Positions 50,679 to 62,824 of a DNA stretch of 64,000 nt are shown piece after piece. The notes below the pieces were generated by a model. It ran no database searches and was not told the origin of the DNA. It saw nothing but the letters and a program-made list of their open reading frames with translations. A program made the translations under genes and the position numbers. Source of the DNA: Octopus bimaculoides (taxonomy: Eukaryota). Position 1 is the first letter of the stretch, and each line of letters begins with the position of its first letter. The stretch spans positions 25,273,122 through 25,337,121 of the forward strand of contig NC_068996.1 of assembly GCF_001194135.2 (NCBI RefSeq), read 5' to 3'.

Positions 50679-51848
50679 GTAAAAGGCATTTGAGTGTGGT
50701 TCAAGGGAAATCTAGCACTGTTAACTAGCAATAAAATGTGGTTTCCCTCATTGGTACATGGGTGAATGATAACCAAATAGGATAACTCAAAAGAAGACAA
50801 GTTTAGCCAGTGTTCTATTTGGCAAAGCTTTCAGCTGACTAAAAATTGGTACATTTGTAGACATCTGATATTGTGTGTATTGTGTCTGTCTGTTATAAGA
50901 TACCGTATAAAAATAAAATAATAGCTATGAATGATATAAAGGTTTTAGTAAAACTTACCACATTGCCAGAAGCTTTCTTATTTTCCCTTTTCTTTTCTTT
51001 CCCTTCTTTTATTTTTGAGATTATTATATTTTCTTAATTTCTTTAAGTTTCCATAAAAACTGAAATCAGTTTCAGATATAAAACAAAAAACTTATTTAAT
51101 TTATTTAGAAATTTAACAACTATCTAAAACTCTATTGTAGTATTAAGGAAAGAAATCTTGTCTATTTGCTTGAAACTGAAGCAAATACAATCAAACTATT
51201 CCAGTTTTGCCTGGTTGTACTAAGAAACACAAATTCTACTGTTAAAACGAATGCTTTTCTATTGTTGAATTGGTTAGAAAGCTAATATATACTGTATATC
51301 TTTCACAGCAGTGATTATGACATCTTAGAGGTGGTCACATATGTAGCAGTTGGGAAAAGGATTTTGTGTGATTGATCTTCGTAACTTCAAGCACACAACA
51401 TATAGAGACAAAGAAAAGAAGATGAAGGATTTTAAAATCCAAGTAGTTTGTACCATATTTTGGACAGGATACACTTAATTTCAATAAATGTATTAAATAA
51501 TTATCAATTTAGTAAAATAACTTTGTCATTATTAAGATAATGTTTGGGACATACACTAGCATGAAATTTTGATGGAAGGTTTTAATTTAAATCGTTTTAA
51601 ATCATAAAATTTATATCATAAAACTAAGTTGTGGTTTCAAACAGTTTGTTATCAAAAGGGTTGATGGAAACTTGAAAAAAAAACATTCTTTTGAATTGAT
51701 TTCAAATGTACTTCATGAATTGTGTAGGATTTGAAGTAAAAAATGGAATTTTCATTAAAGCTAGTTCATACATGTGTATGTGTGTGCATGTATTTATATA
51801 TATGTATACACACAGACACACTATATCTGTATGTGTATATATATACAC

Positions 51849-51895
<47 letters not shown>

Positions 51896-54432
51896 TATNN
51901 NNNNNNNNNNNNNNNNNNNNNNNNNNNNNNNNNNNNNNNNNNNNNNNNNNNNNNNNNNNNNNNNNNNNNNNNNNNNNNNNNNNNNNNNNNNNNNNNNNNN
52001 NNNNNNNNNNNNNNNNNNNNNNNNNNNNNNNNNNNNNNNNNNNNNNNNNNNNNNNNNNNNNNNNNNNNNNNNNNNNNNNNNNNNNNNNNNNNNNNNNNNN
52101 NNNNNNNNNNNNNNNNNNNNNNNNNNNNNNNNNNNNNNNNNNNNNNNNNNNNNNNNNNNNNNNNNNNNNNNNNNNNNNNNNNNNNNNNNNNNNNNNNNNN
52201 NNNNNNNNNNNNNNNNNNNNNNNNNNNNNNNNNNNACATACTAAAGCACATACTCACACTCATTTATAGATATATAGATTGATGTAAGCATTTCTTGTTT
52301 GTGATCAGTCTCATTGTGACATAGTTGGACTGAACCTGTGAAAAAAAAAAAAAGGCACCATGGTGCCAGAGGTAAAAAAAAAGAAGAAACAGCAGAAAAC
52401 TACTGGTGTTGGTTTGTTTATATTCCCATAACTTAGCAGTACAACAAGATGACTCCGGTAGAATAAACACTGAACTTAAGACAAGTACTGGGGTTAGTGT
52501 GATCAACTAAGCCTTCTAGTCATTGCTCCAGCATGGCCACATTCCAGTGACGGAAACCAGTAAAATAAAAGAATTATGTGTTTATATGTATATGGAGAAG
52601 AAATAGCAAATGGAGAGGATGTCTGTAGTTGAGTCAGTAGAACTTGAAGTCATGATGTAATCAGTAGTTTTATCGGGACATTATGGTGTTAATGTCCACA
52701 TTAGTTGTCAATCATGCAATATATAATGTAGTGTGTGTGTTGCCAGTATTTAATGTAAGCTAAATTGGGGGGAACCATGTTGCTGACTAGTTTGTATGGT
52801 TCCTGCTTTATAAATCTGTATTCCATATTATTATCTCATTCATTCAAGGCACTCCACATTCTTACCAAAGTTATTAAAGAAATTATTATTAAAACTAAAC
52901 TTCAAAATAAATGTATATAACCTTCATCAGAATCTCTGACATTTTATCTTCCAGTGTAGTTAGCGTTTCTGTGATGTGTTTATGCATATATTTAAGCATT
53001 ATTCATATTGTATTTCAATGGGTTGTTTTTCATTACTTTTTTAAATACTTTACTTTGGAAAGAAATGACAAAAGACATCAAATATAAATTCACTTGAGTG
53101 TTGTTCTTTCAATTTTTTTTTCTTATCAAATATTTAGAAATTTTAAAATGACTGCTTAAAATACTTAAATTTACAACTTATTTATCACATAACATTTATG
53201 TATGTATAAAAGATAGATATAAGCTTTATTTAATAGTTTTTGTTTGTTTGAAAGATGGTTGTCTTAAAAGAAAAACTTTGATTAAAATACATTTATTTTT
53301 TTTGCTTTTTATTTAAAGCTTATTTGAAATTTACTTAAGTATGTAACAATACAAATTGTATAAATTTTTTTCTTAAAAAAAAGAAAATTTGAAAAAATAA
53401 ACTAGTTTCAAAGTATTTCTTTCTGATAAAAAAAAAAGAAAAGAAAAATGAAACATGATTAGTAATGTTATAATTTATTTATTAAAATAAATTAAGAACC
53501 AATAGAATTTCATTTTTTAATGTTTTTTTTTCGTTTTTTGTTGTTTTTTTTCCATAAATTTCTTCAAAATAACCAACTGTTGACTGTTTCATTCCATCTG
53601 TGGTGCAACTACTGTTTAAAGATGCTGTGCTCTAATTAATTAGTTCCTAATTATTCTGCTCTGCAAATGCCTGTATTGTTCCTGTCATTATTGAAATGGC
53701 TGGGAAGAATACAAACATGACTCCAGTAAATAAAAAGAATATAATGTTTAGTAATAATGATGGTGTGGGAGGAGGAGAGAGAAAATAGTGATGCTGAAAA
53801 GGAAAATGTGTGTATATGTATTAATGTAAAAAATGGTAAAATTTTGTTCCTGAACCTTTTACATTGCAGACAAATAAACATTTATATTCCTTTCCTATAA
53901 AACATTATCTGAATCTTTAGTGTTTTAAAAATATATATATATATGCATCTGTAGAGAAGCAACATTATATTCGCTAGGCTTGTCTCTGTTCATAAATTAT
54001 CTCTCACATGATGTCACTTATCTGCTTCACTATTCTAGTTGGTTCTACTGCTATGAAGCTATAGTGGAGCGAGATAGATTTAGAAAAAATCAATATGCCA
54101 GCTGTGGTGGTTGTATAGCTGCAATAATTATTCCAATGGATTGCTCCCTATCAGTAGCTGAAACATCTACTATCGTGGTGGTGGGTGCTATGGTGTTTCT
54201 AGCACACTTGTCAGCGTATATTCACTAGTTGCATGCAATCAAACAGTTGAAATTGCTTATTTCCAACTGTTGCTCTTAGCGATTTTATTTATCTTATTAT
54301 AATAATTTTAATCAGTGATTGTCATTAGGTGTAGTTTGGTTTGTCTATTAAGCGATAAAAAAAAGGGGGAGAAATTATTCATTTCTATAAAGATTGCGTA
54401 TTTCACTCCTGCCCTGTCTTCCCCCCCTTTAG

Positions 54433-54539
54433 CATCAGTGAGCATGCCCTGTGTGCTAGTCAACTGTTTCTGCCATGGTGGTTACCGAGTGGAGAACTCA
54501 GATCTAGCAGAGATCCTGAGCACTACACTTCACTTGGCG
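54433..54539 (+). other. KLC: 5' leader of the MEVTQ exon (possible acceptor at 54432, or part of an alternative first exon)
   Basis: Pyrimidine tract CCTGCCCTGTCTTCCCCCCCTTTAG ends at 54432. The leader has an in-frame upstream ATG at 54444 and an out-of-frame GCCATGG uORF at 54475-54507. Confidence 0.5.
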
Positions 54540-54574
54540 ATGGAAGTTACACAAACAGTAAAATCATATCGAAT
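54540..54574 (+). CDS. KLC: KLC alternative start exon coding MEVTQTVKSYR(I)
   Basis: ATG GAA GTT ACA CAA ACA GTA AAA TCA TAT CGA AT|GTAAGT is a strong phase-2 donor. Joined to 62825 it gives MEVTQTVKSYRIKKIEEIGKMTALSQ, which as I recall is the N-terminus of squid (Doryteuthis) KLC. This is from memory, not a database search. Confidence 0.9.
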
Positions 54575-54830
54575 GTAAGTTTTAGCTTCAACATGGCTAC
54601 CATTTTAGTTCATTTTTCCATTTATAATAATTACAAAATTAACCTGTTGCTAGGCATTTTTCTAGATATATTTATTCTCTACTTTCTCTTTCCTCTTTGT
54701 ATTAGTTTCCTATCACCACTGAATTGACTTATAAAATACTGAGTTATTCTTACACAATGAGAACAATAAATTTAATTTATATTTCCAGCGTGTGTATATA
54801 TGTATATATTTATTTTGTTTTATATTTGTA

Positions 54831-54873
<43 letters not shown>

Positions 54874-55594
54874 GTATTTGTGCAATATAGAGATTTTAAT
54901 CATCAATCTTTTGTGACATTTGTAAAATATTTGAAGAAACCTTCCATATTGGGTTTTATATTGATGATGTACACAGATGAATGTAATTTCATATATCTAT
55001 TTAATTTTTTTTTTTTCTTCATTCAGTCATTGAGGGAAATTACATTGCAGTTTACATATGTATAGATATGTGTTTTGCGCGTGTGTGTCAATTGATAGAA
55101 AATTGTTTGTTTGATGTACAAATGATGTGGCTATAACACTGCTATATTGTTTGAAACAAATAGACTCAGCTTCTCTGATAATTAAAGAAAAAAAGCAACA
55201 ATGTGTAGATGATCTACAGATATTCCTTTATATTAAATTACATGTACTGCCTGATCTTTTCTATATATTTCATAAAAAAAAGGTTGTTTCTATGAATGAA
55301 AGCTTATACATATTGAATTTATAAATGTCATATATTTTAATATCCAATAACATTGGATGTTTAAAATAATAAGCCAGTTTGTTGTGGGGTGGATTTTCCT
55401 GGTTTCTTTGAAAATAGATAAATTTGTTCATGTCTCTCTCTCTCTCTCTCTCCTCTTTTAATAAAATTTATTTCATCATATAAGAATCATTTTATATTCT
55501 ATTGAAGGTTTTATATTGCATGTTACTAAGTATTTATTGAGATATATCATCAGTTGACACTTCTGGTTTAGCTTCATTTACTCATCTTATTTGA

Positions 55595-55596
<2 letters not shown>

Positions 55597-55685
<89 letters not shown>
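55597..55685. repeat. (TC)n microsatellite, ~44 units
   Basis: Direct reading. Confidence 0.95.
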
Positions 55686-55689
<4 letters not shown>

Positions 55690-58600
55690 AAAATATCACT
55701 GTACTCTAGAGAAGCCATGTTGGATTTATTTTTAGGGTAATATAGCAGTTATTTTGTTTCACATTCACTGAACATACATTTCATACCTAGGATATTACAA
55801 TTAATTTTGTGGTCACTAGATTTAGTTTGTTGCTTCAGTTGACACATATACCCACTGACTGACACTCACATACATACACACAAATATACATATGAAGAAG
55901 GGAGAAAAATATTTCACTAAGCTACTGCCAACTGCATTGTAATCTTTATTCTTTTAATGATTAATTCCCATGATTACAAAAAAATAAAAATAATAATTTA
56001 TCTTTGTCAGATTATATATATGTACTCTCATTTTTCCAATTATAAAAACATAACAATCTGTGCCTTAATCACTCATAAGGTCACAATGCTATTTTATACT
56101 TCAAAATGTTTTTTCCAGTTAAAACTACCATAAATTTTTTTTCAATTTCAAAATATCAGTTGTACTCTCATTTAATGAAAATAATAAGATTTTACTTTAT
56201 ATTTCTATGCAGATAGTATACCCAAATTTCTGATTTCAATGTTCTAGCTGTTAAATTTTCCATAATTCAAGTGAAATATAAACATGGCTGCCAATAAATA
56301 AGATTCTCTCTGTTTCTCTTACTAGATTTACTATTGTATATAATAGGCTTATGGTTTCATTTGCTACTCAGGATTATTTCAAATTTTTTTTTTTTTTTTT
56401 GCTTTCAATCTCTTTTCCACTCATCTGATTTCATTTATTTATTTTTTTCATTAGTACCTGCTAATAGTACCTTGATTGATTCATCTAACAATTGCTCTCT
56501 TCTATTAGCCTATTCAATTTTTTCTTTTTCTTTTTATCATTTACTTCAATTAATTGAATCTTTAGGTTTCTTTATTTCTTGTATGCATTCATATGTGGGT
56601 CGGGAGGTTTGCTTGCCAGCATCTTAATAAATTAGATATTAACGAAGTGAAAGTGAATGACTGTATAAATGTGTATGGACAATTTCTTTCATTGATTTCT
56701 TGTGGGATGTTGCTTTACCCAGTTTCAAACAGATCTTTATCAATACACTATTCTATTCACAAAAACCCACTGTCGTAAATGTATAGAATCCCTATAGAAA
56801 ATTCTTTTAAATGCTATTTACAATTTAGCTGTTTAAGTTATCTTGTAACATTTCTAGAGAAATGAAGACCTTAGTTTCCTTGTCACACAAATATTAAATG
56901 CTTCCCTTTCTCTGGACTTGTGTATGATGGTATGAAGCATAATCAATTTTTAAGTGAAGCCATTGGTTATATTTTAGTTGTTTGCTTTTCATCTTCTTTC
57001 TGGTCATTTCACAATCTCTTCTTTGTAGTTTACCAATGTTTCGGACAAGGTCATCAATATTCAAAATGGCAACTAGCTCTTGTTGTTATTATTATTATTA
57101 CTGTTAGGATAATTGAGCTAAATTGATGTCAACGTTGAATAGTCAGATAAAATGATTTAAAGTATTAAGTTTGGTGTCCCATTAAGACTGTCATTACTTT
57201 TTATTTTATTTTTTAACATCTAGTTAAAAATTTTTCAAGAGGTAAGATATATGTTAGTATTTGTATTAAATGAGTTATTGACTGTGCAGCTTTAAGAATT
57301 CCCTATTTTCATTTACAAAACCATCTTGTTAAAGCTCTCTGCATTATATCCTCTCACGTATTAATTAGTATGTTTATTAATGACTGTTTATTAATATGAT
57401 GCGAGATTGTCCTGTCAGTTGCCAATTTATTCAAAAGTTTGCTTTGTAGCCTCTGTTATCAAATAGTTGCTTGCTTGTAGCAAGTGTTATTATTCTGTTT
57501 GACATTTATTGAGACTGAAGCAATTATTGCTACTCAGTGCAGCTAGTGCTATTGACTAGTCTCAGGGGCGATGTTTCTATGCAAAATGTACTTTTACTTT
57601 TACTTTCATTTAGGCTGTAATGGTAAACATCAATTCTACATTGACTTACATGTGGTATACTGAATGTCTGTGTCTATAATTTTAAGGATGAAGTTAGTAG
57701 AAATGTTTGATATATAGTCAGTCTGTCACAACAGAATATTCTTAGTTCTATGAATTTTTAATCAAGTTGTTTTTAGTTGATATGCTGATGTACACCTGTT
57801 TGGCTTTTATTGACCTAGGTGCATAGTTTAGTCACACGATTGTCAAGTAGATCTGAAGTATTAAGAACCTGTTCTCTGTAGAGATAGTTCTTCTTTTGTG
57901 TATGTGTGTGTTATGTCTTATACTGGCAGAATAATGAACTGTAAATCTTTTTCTAATTTTATTTTTTTCTAATCATGTGACTAAGTAACTGATTATAATT
58001 ATTTCTGTTTCCTTGATTCCTAGGCATGATTATTGACTCATTGTTTTAGTAACACACAATCACAAATTATTAAAGGGTATATACATCAGTGGTTTTATAA
58101 ATTCATAATGTACCAGTAAGTATTGCTAGCTTTTTTTTTTAAAGTTATCAAGGAAATGAGCATGGTTCACTAATTAAATTAATAGAAATAAGACTGTTAT
58201 ATTAGTGTTTAAATTGTATAAGAGTGAGAAGACTGGAATTTTTAATTTGTATATTACAATTTTTTTACATTTTTGTATTATGATTTTTACACGATAGGCT
58301 TCAGTTGCTAAGTTTTTTAAGTTACTAAAATTACTAAGAATACATTATTTAAATTGATTGTTTTAAATTGTGCATGTGTGTGCCTGTGCATACATATATT
58401 ATGCATTGTTAACAATTGTTACTTTTAATCGATACTCTATTATCAATCATATCAAAATAAGATAATGAAACTGTCAATCATAAAAAATCATGGCATTTTA
58501 AGTCTGGGCCAGGTCGTATTACCCATAATTTATATTTTAAGGTCCATAAAATCAATACCAGTACAACACTTGGGTAAAATCAGTCAGCAAAAATTACAAG

Positions 58601-61600
58601 TCAAAAGGAACAAGTGTCTCTATCAGAAAAAAAAAAAACAATAAAATTCTTAAACAATAAGAATTTTGTGTTTTACAGTGCTTTGCAAACATCCTGTAAA
58701 GATCATTCTGTCCCTAGAGTTGCGAAGAATGACTCATCTTTTATGTCCGGGTTTGGGTAGTGTTTGAATAATGTAACAGCCAAACCATCATTGAGCAGTG
58801 ATATAATGTTGGAGTCTAGCATTACAACAAATACTGAAATTAATTTTTCATGTCTCTTTCCTTCTGATGATAAACTAGTTATCTTCATTAATAAGTAGTT
58901 TTTATTGATTCCTAACATGCATACAAAAAATTGTAAATAATGCTGTAAAGAAGTTAATTCATTTATTAAATAAAATCTGAAATTTCATGCTGTTTGACGT
59001 TAACTATTAACAGCTCATTAGCAGAAATCCAATGTATATTTTCTTGCTCATTGTATGTGTTTCATACTATTTTCATGTCTAGTTTTGTTTTTAATATGAT
59101 TGCAGTATCCTTTCTTATAAATTTTACAACTCTTGAAATTCTTTATAAGATCACAAGCTTAATATTTTTAATGGATTCAGATATTCAACAAAGTTTTCTT
59201 AAAAAATGAAATAAAAAATATTAGCTCAGATTATCATCAGTGGTCATCATTCCCAGTTTTGTTATTGGAATAATTAGCCTCAATTTGCTTACTCTTTCTG
59301 ACAGTTCCAATTAAGGATATTTTAAATTGAACTTTGTTTTATAAATACAAGAAATGTGGTTAAAACAAATCATACCGCCCCCTGACAAAGTATTCTCTAT
59401 ATTCTGGCAAAGCAAAGGAACTGTTTTTACTCTGGGACCTGACTGCATTTCAAGCAAGGCCTGGGAATAACTAATAGGCATTGTAGTAAGGAATTCTGTT
59501 GAATTGAAGCCAGACCATGTCTTCAGCATTTTAAGTGTTAATAATAAGAAACTTATGTTCAAGAAATTGTCCTAGTAAACCTAATAGTGAAAAATCTTTA
59601 GAAAGATAATTTAAAATTTTGTTTATAATGGAAACATGTCAGTGATAGTTTGTACAGTTTATTGCTTTTTTTTTTTATAAAAAAGATTTAAGCAATTTGT
59701 TATTTGCATAGTTTAGATACCAATCCTTTACATTATTATCAATATGTAAATCTTTCCTTTCTGTAATTAAATTCATCACATTGCCTTCTTTTGAAAAGAT
59801 GCTCTATGTAGAGAATGTTTCTTCCTCACAGTTCTTGTATAGTGACAAGCTTTTACTATTTGTTCTCAACACAGTTTCACCAGTTTATTATTTTCCTTCA
59901 TCCATCCCCTCCTATCCTTGCTGATGTTTCGTTCCATCAGTTACTGCATGTGCATGCATGCTTAATGAGAATATATGTGTATATATATATATATTTGTAT
60001 GTGCAAGCATGTACGTATCTATGTGTGTAGTTGGTTCTTAATAGTTATTAAATCTTTTTTACATTGTTATTTGCTATTTCAGTAAAAAATGTAGCAGTCA
60101 AATAATACAGTTAAATATAATGGCTATCTTACATAAATGTATTTTCAGTATAGTAGTTAGTTACCTAGCCATAAAGCTACATCAGCTGACAAAAAAAGTG
60201 ACAGATTGGTGAGGTTTTAAAAAAATTCTTCATTTGAAACACCTTTTTGTTTTCTCCATCCTCTGTACTCATTTCAGTAATACAAAACAGTTTTTAATTG
60301 GTATTTATATTTTAATAAAATCCATTATTCTATGGAAAGCAGTCTCCTCATTATTGTTACCTAGTAACCATTGGTAATAATAGAAAAGAGAAAATCAATA
60401 AAGTAATTCTGAATAGTCTCCAACATATAGGTTATAAATGTTGATTAGATTGATGTATTAGAATATTTTAGAATCTGGTTGTGAAGTAAATATCCTCGTT
60501 TTGGTTTAGTAGCGGGAGAGATGAGGTCTGGTGGGGTGGAAATGGGATGGAGAAATGGTGGTGGTGGACAGGGGAAATTTTGGCAGGCAGACAAATTTTA
60601 ATGAGATTTCTCTTGAATGTATAATGAAATAATAGAATACTTTGCATAGTAGAAAATATTTACCATTGCTCCACGGTATGATTGTGAATTTAATTAGTTT
60701 TGTTGTTATAATAATCAGCATTATTAATGTAAAGATGACTAACGAAGGTAGGGATGATAAATAAGGATGACTAAGGAAGTAGAAAACTCTTAATGGATTG
60801 TTTACAGTATCACGCTGCTCTTAGTTCAATTAATACCTGGGTTGACTGTCATTATGGGGGTCAATAAAATAAGCAATAGGTGTGTATGTGTGTGCGTAAG
60901 TATGCAGTCTGCACAAAAGATTTGGGTGTGGATTTGTAATACTGGTTTATGAGTACACATACACACGCATAACTTATCTATTTATTTATATGGTTTTTCA
61001 TTTGACTATATAACCCTTGGGAAATATTTTCCTTCTCCCAATTTATATATATAGAAACCATATCTTTATTTTAAGAAATGAGATTTTTTTTCTGTCTTTC
61101 TGGTAGGAACCTTGACTTCTGGATAGCTAAAGAAATCTGAATTGCTTTAAGAAAACAATTTTTGTATACTGTAATCTCTCTCCCCACTTCTTCTCCATTT
61201 CCATCTCTCTCTTTCCTTCTCTCCCCCCTCTCTCACACACATACAAATATATCTAGATTATGGTTAATCGATATTAGGACCACTTGCAGTTGAGTCATTC
61301 TCAAAAACAATGTATGTGTATAGGAGGNNNNNNNNNNNNNNNNNNNNNNNNNNNNNNNNNNNNNNNNNNNNNNNNNNNNNNNNNNNNNNNNNNNNNNNNN
61401 NNNNNNNNNNNNNNNNNNNNNNNNNNNNNNNNNNNNNNNNNNNNNNNNNNNNNNNNNNNNNNNNNNNNNNNNNNNNNNNNNNNNNNNNNNNNNNNNNNNN
61501 NNNNNNNNNNNNNNNNNNNNNNNNNNNNNNNNNNNNNNNNNNNNNNNNNNNNNNNNNNNNNNNNNNNNNNNNNNNNNNNNNNNNNNNNNNNNNNNNNNNN

Positions 61601-61779
61601 NNNNNNNNNNNNNNNNNNNNNNNNNNNNNNNNNNNNNNNNNNNNNNNNNNNNNNNNNNNNATATATTAAATAACAATAAAGCTGATATTTTGATATTCAT
61701 TCTATATTCCATATTAGTTATTCTATATTCATTATTAGTTAATACCAGTAGATTTGTTTTTATAAATTGTTTTCCTTAA

Positions 61780-61997
61780 CCCTTTAGCATTCAGATTACT
61801 CTGTGAAATATAATGTTTATTTATTCACATTGTTTTGAATTAATCATGCATTATCTTGTAGCTTTGAGGTTTTGATGATGTGATTGTATATTTTTAGAAT
61901 GACATTGTAGGGTAGGTGTAAGAGGCCAGATGTTGATAGTTTGAACGTAAAGCAATAGAATATTTGAGTTGGATGTGGCAGTTTAAATGTTAATGGG
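61780..61997. mobile_element. piggyBac-like MITE (218 bp)
   Basis: TTAA|CCCTTTAGCATT ... AATGTTAATGGG|TTAA gives TTAA duplications at 61776-79 and 61998-62001 with CCC/GGG termini. Related copies lie at ~18717-18943 (opposite orientation) and ~38340-38430 (partial). Confidence 0.75.
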
Positions 61998-62167
61998 TTA
62001 ATGTATGAAGTTCTTATATTTTACAGTCATACACTGCGCTGCTATTTACTACTACTGAATCATATCCTTGTTGTTTATTCAAGCTTCTTTGATTTGTGAC
62101 ATTAAGTGTGTGTGTGTTTATAATTTGGCAGAGCTTATCTACTCTGAGTTTCGCTTGTAGGCGCACA

Positions 62168-62202
62168 GGGTCTTAGGCAAGTTACGACTTGCCTGAAGAC
62201 CC
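62168..62202 (+). other. 15-bp stem hairpin with a TACG loop
   Basis: GGGTCTTAGGCAAGT-TACG-ACTTGCCT(G)AAGACCC is perfectly complementary except for one bulged G. Confidence 0.8.
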
Positions 62203-62329
62203 ATACACACCCAGGCAAAATTCAGAATAGCAAGAGACTGACTTGACCAAAATAAAAAAAATATTATCGATCTTTACTATGATATCAAGTGCTTTTTTTT
62301 TTCTGTCAGTGAACACTAAATGGATGGAG

Positions 62330-62548
62330 GTGTGTGTGTGTGTGCATACATACATGTGTGTGTATGTGTACATGCATGTATGTGTGAGTGAGTGTACATG
62401 CATGTGAGTGAGTGTAGATGCATGCATGTGTGAGTGTGCATGCATGCATGTGTGAGTACATGTGTGTGTGTATATGCATGTGTGTGTGTATATGCATGTG
62501 TGTGAGTGTATGTGTGTGTGTGTGTGTGTGTACATGTGTGTGTGTGTT
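62330..62548 (+). repeat. Complex TG-rich low-complexity tract with 9 TGCATG motifs
   Basis: TGCATG at 62373, 62399, 62419, 62423, 62437, 62441, 62445, 62475 and 62493. Confidence 0.85.
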
Positions 62549-62824
62549 AGCAATGTTTCTATGGTTTTTCTCTTAGAATCAGATGATTACTTTATAATAC
62601 TACATTATCAGACTATCTCTTACTCTTTCAAACTGCTTGATAATTTATTTCTAAACTTTTTTTCCAGTCTTCCTGATCTATAATTTTTGTCCCTTTTATA
62701 ATAATTAATCTTAATAGATTACTATTCCAATGTAGAACATTCTAAACTTTTAGTTCTTCTTACATATTCTTATTATTATTCTAATATTATATATATTTTT
62801 TTTTTTGTTCTTGCTATTTTGCAG

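Noticed and set aside
51702-52282. Long ORFs containing X runs (also 6880-7512, 47559-47912, 61233-61712) and HT/YI/CV-repeat ORFs (e.g. 62182-62683)
   Set aside because: They are artefacts of N gaps and dinucleotide microsatellites.
58024-58115. 92-nt candidate exon (TAG|...CCA|GTAAGT)
   Set aside because: Early stop in the KLC frame, frameshifting length, and AT-rich intron-like content.
58470-59560. Possible DNA-transposon remnant (minus-strand ORFs 58703-58918 and 59311-59562)
   Set aside because: No recognisable catalytic motif or termini, so it cannot be supported without a search.
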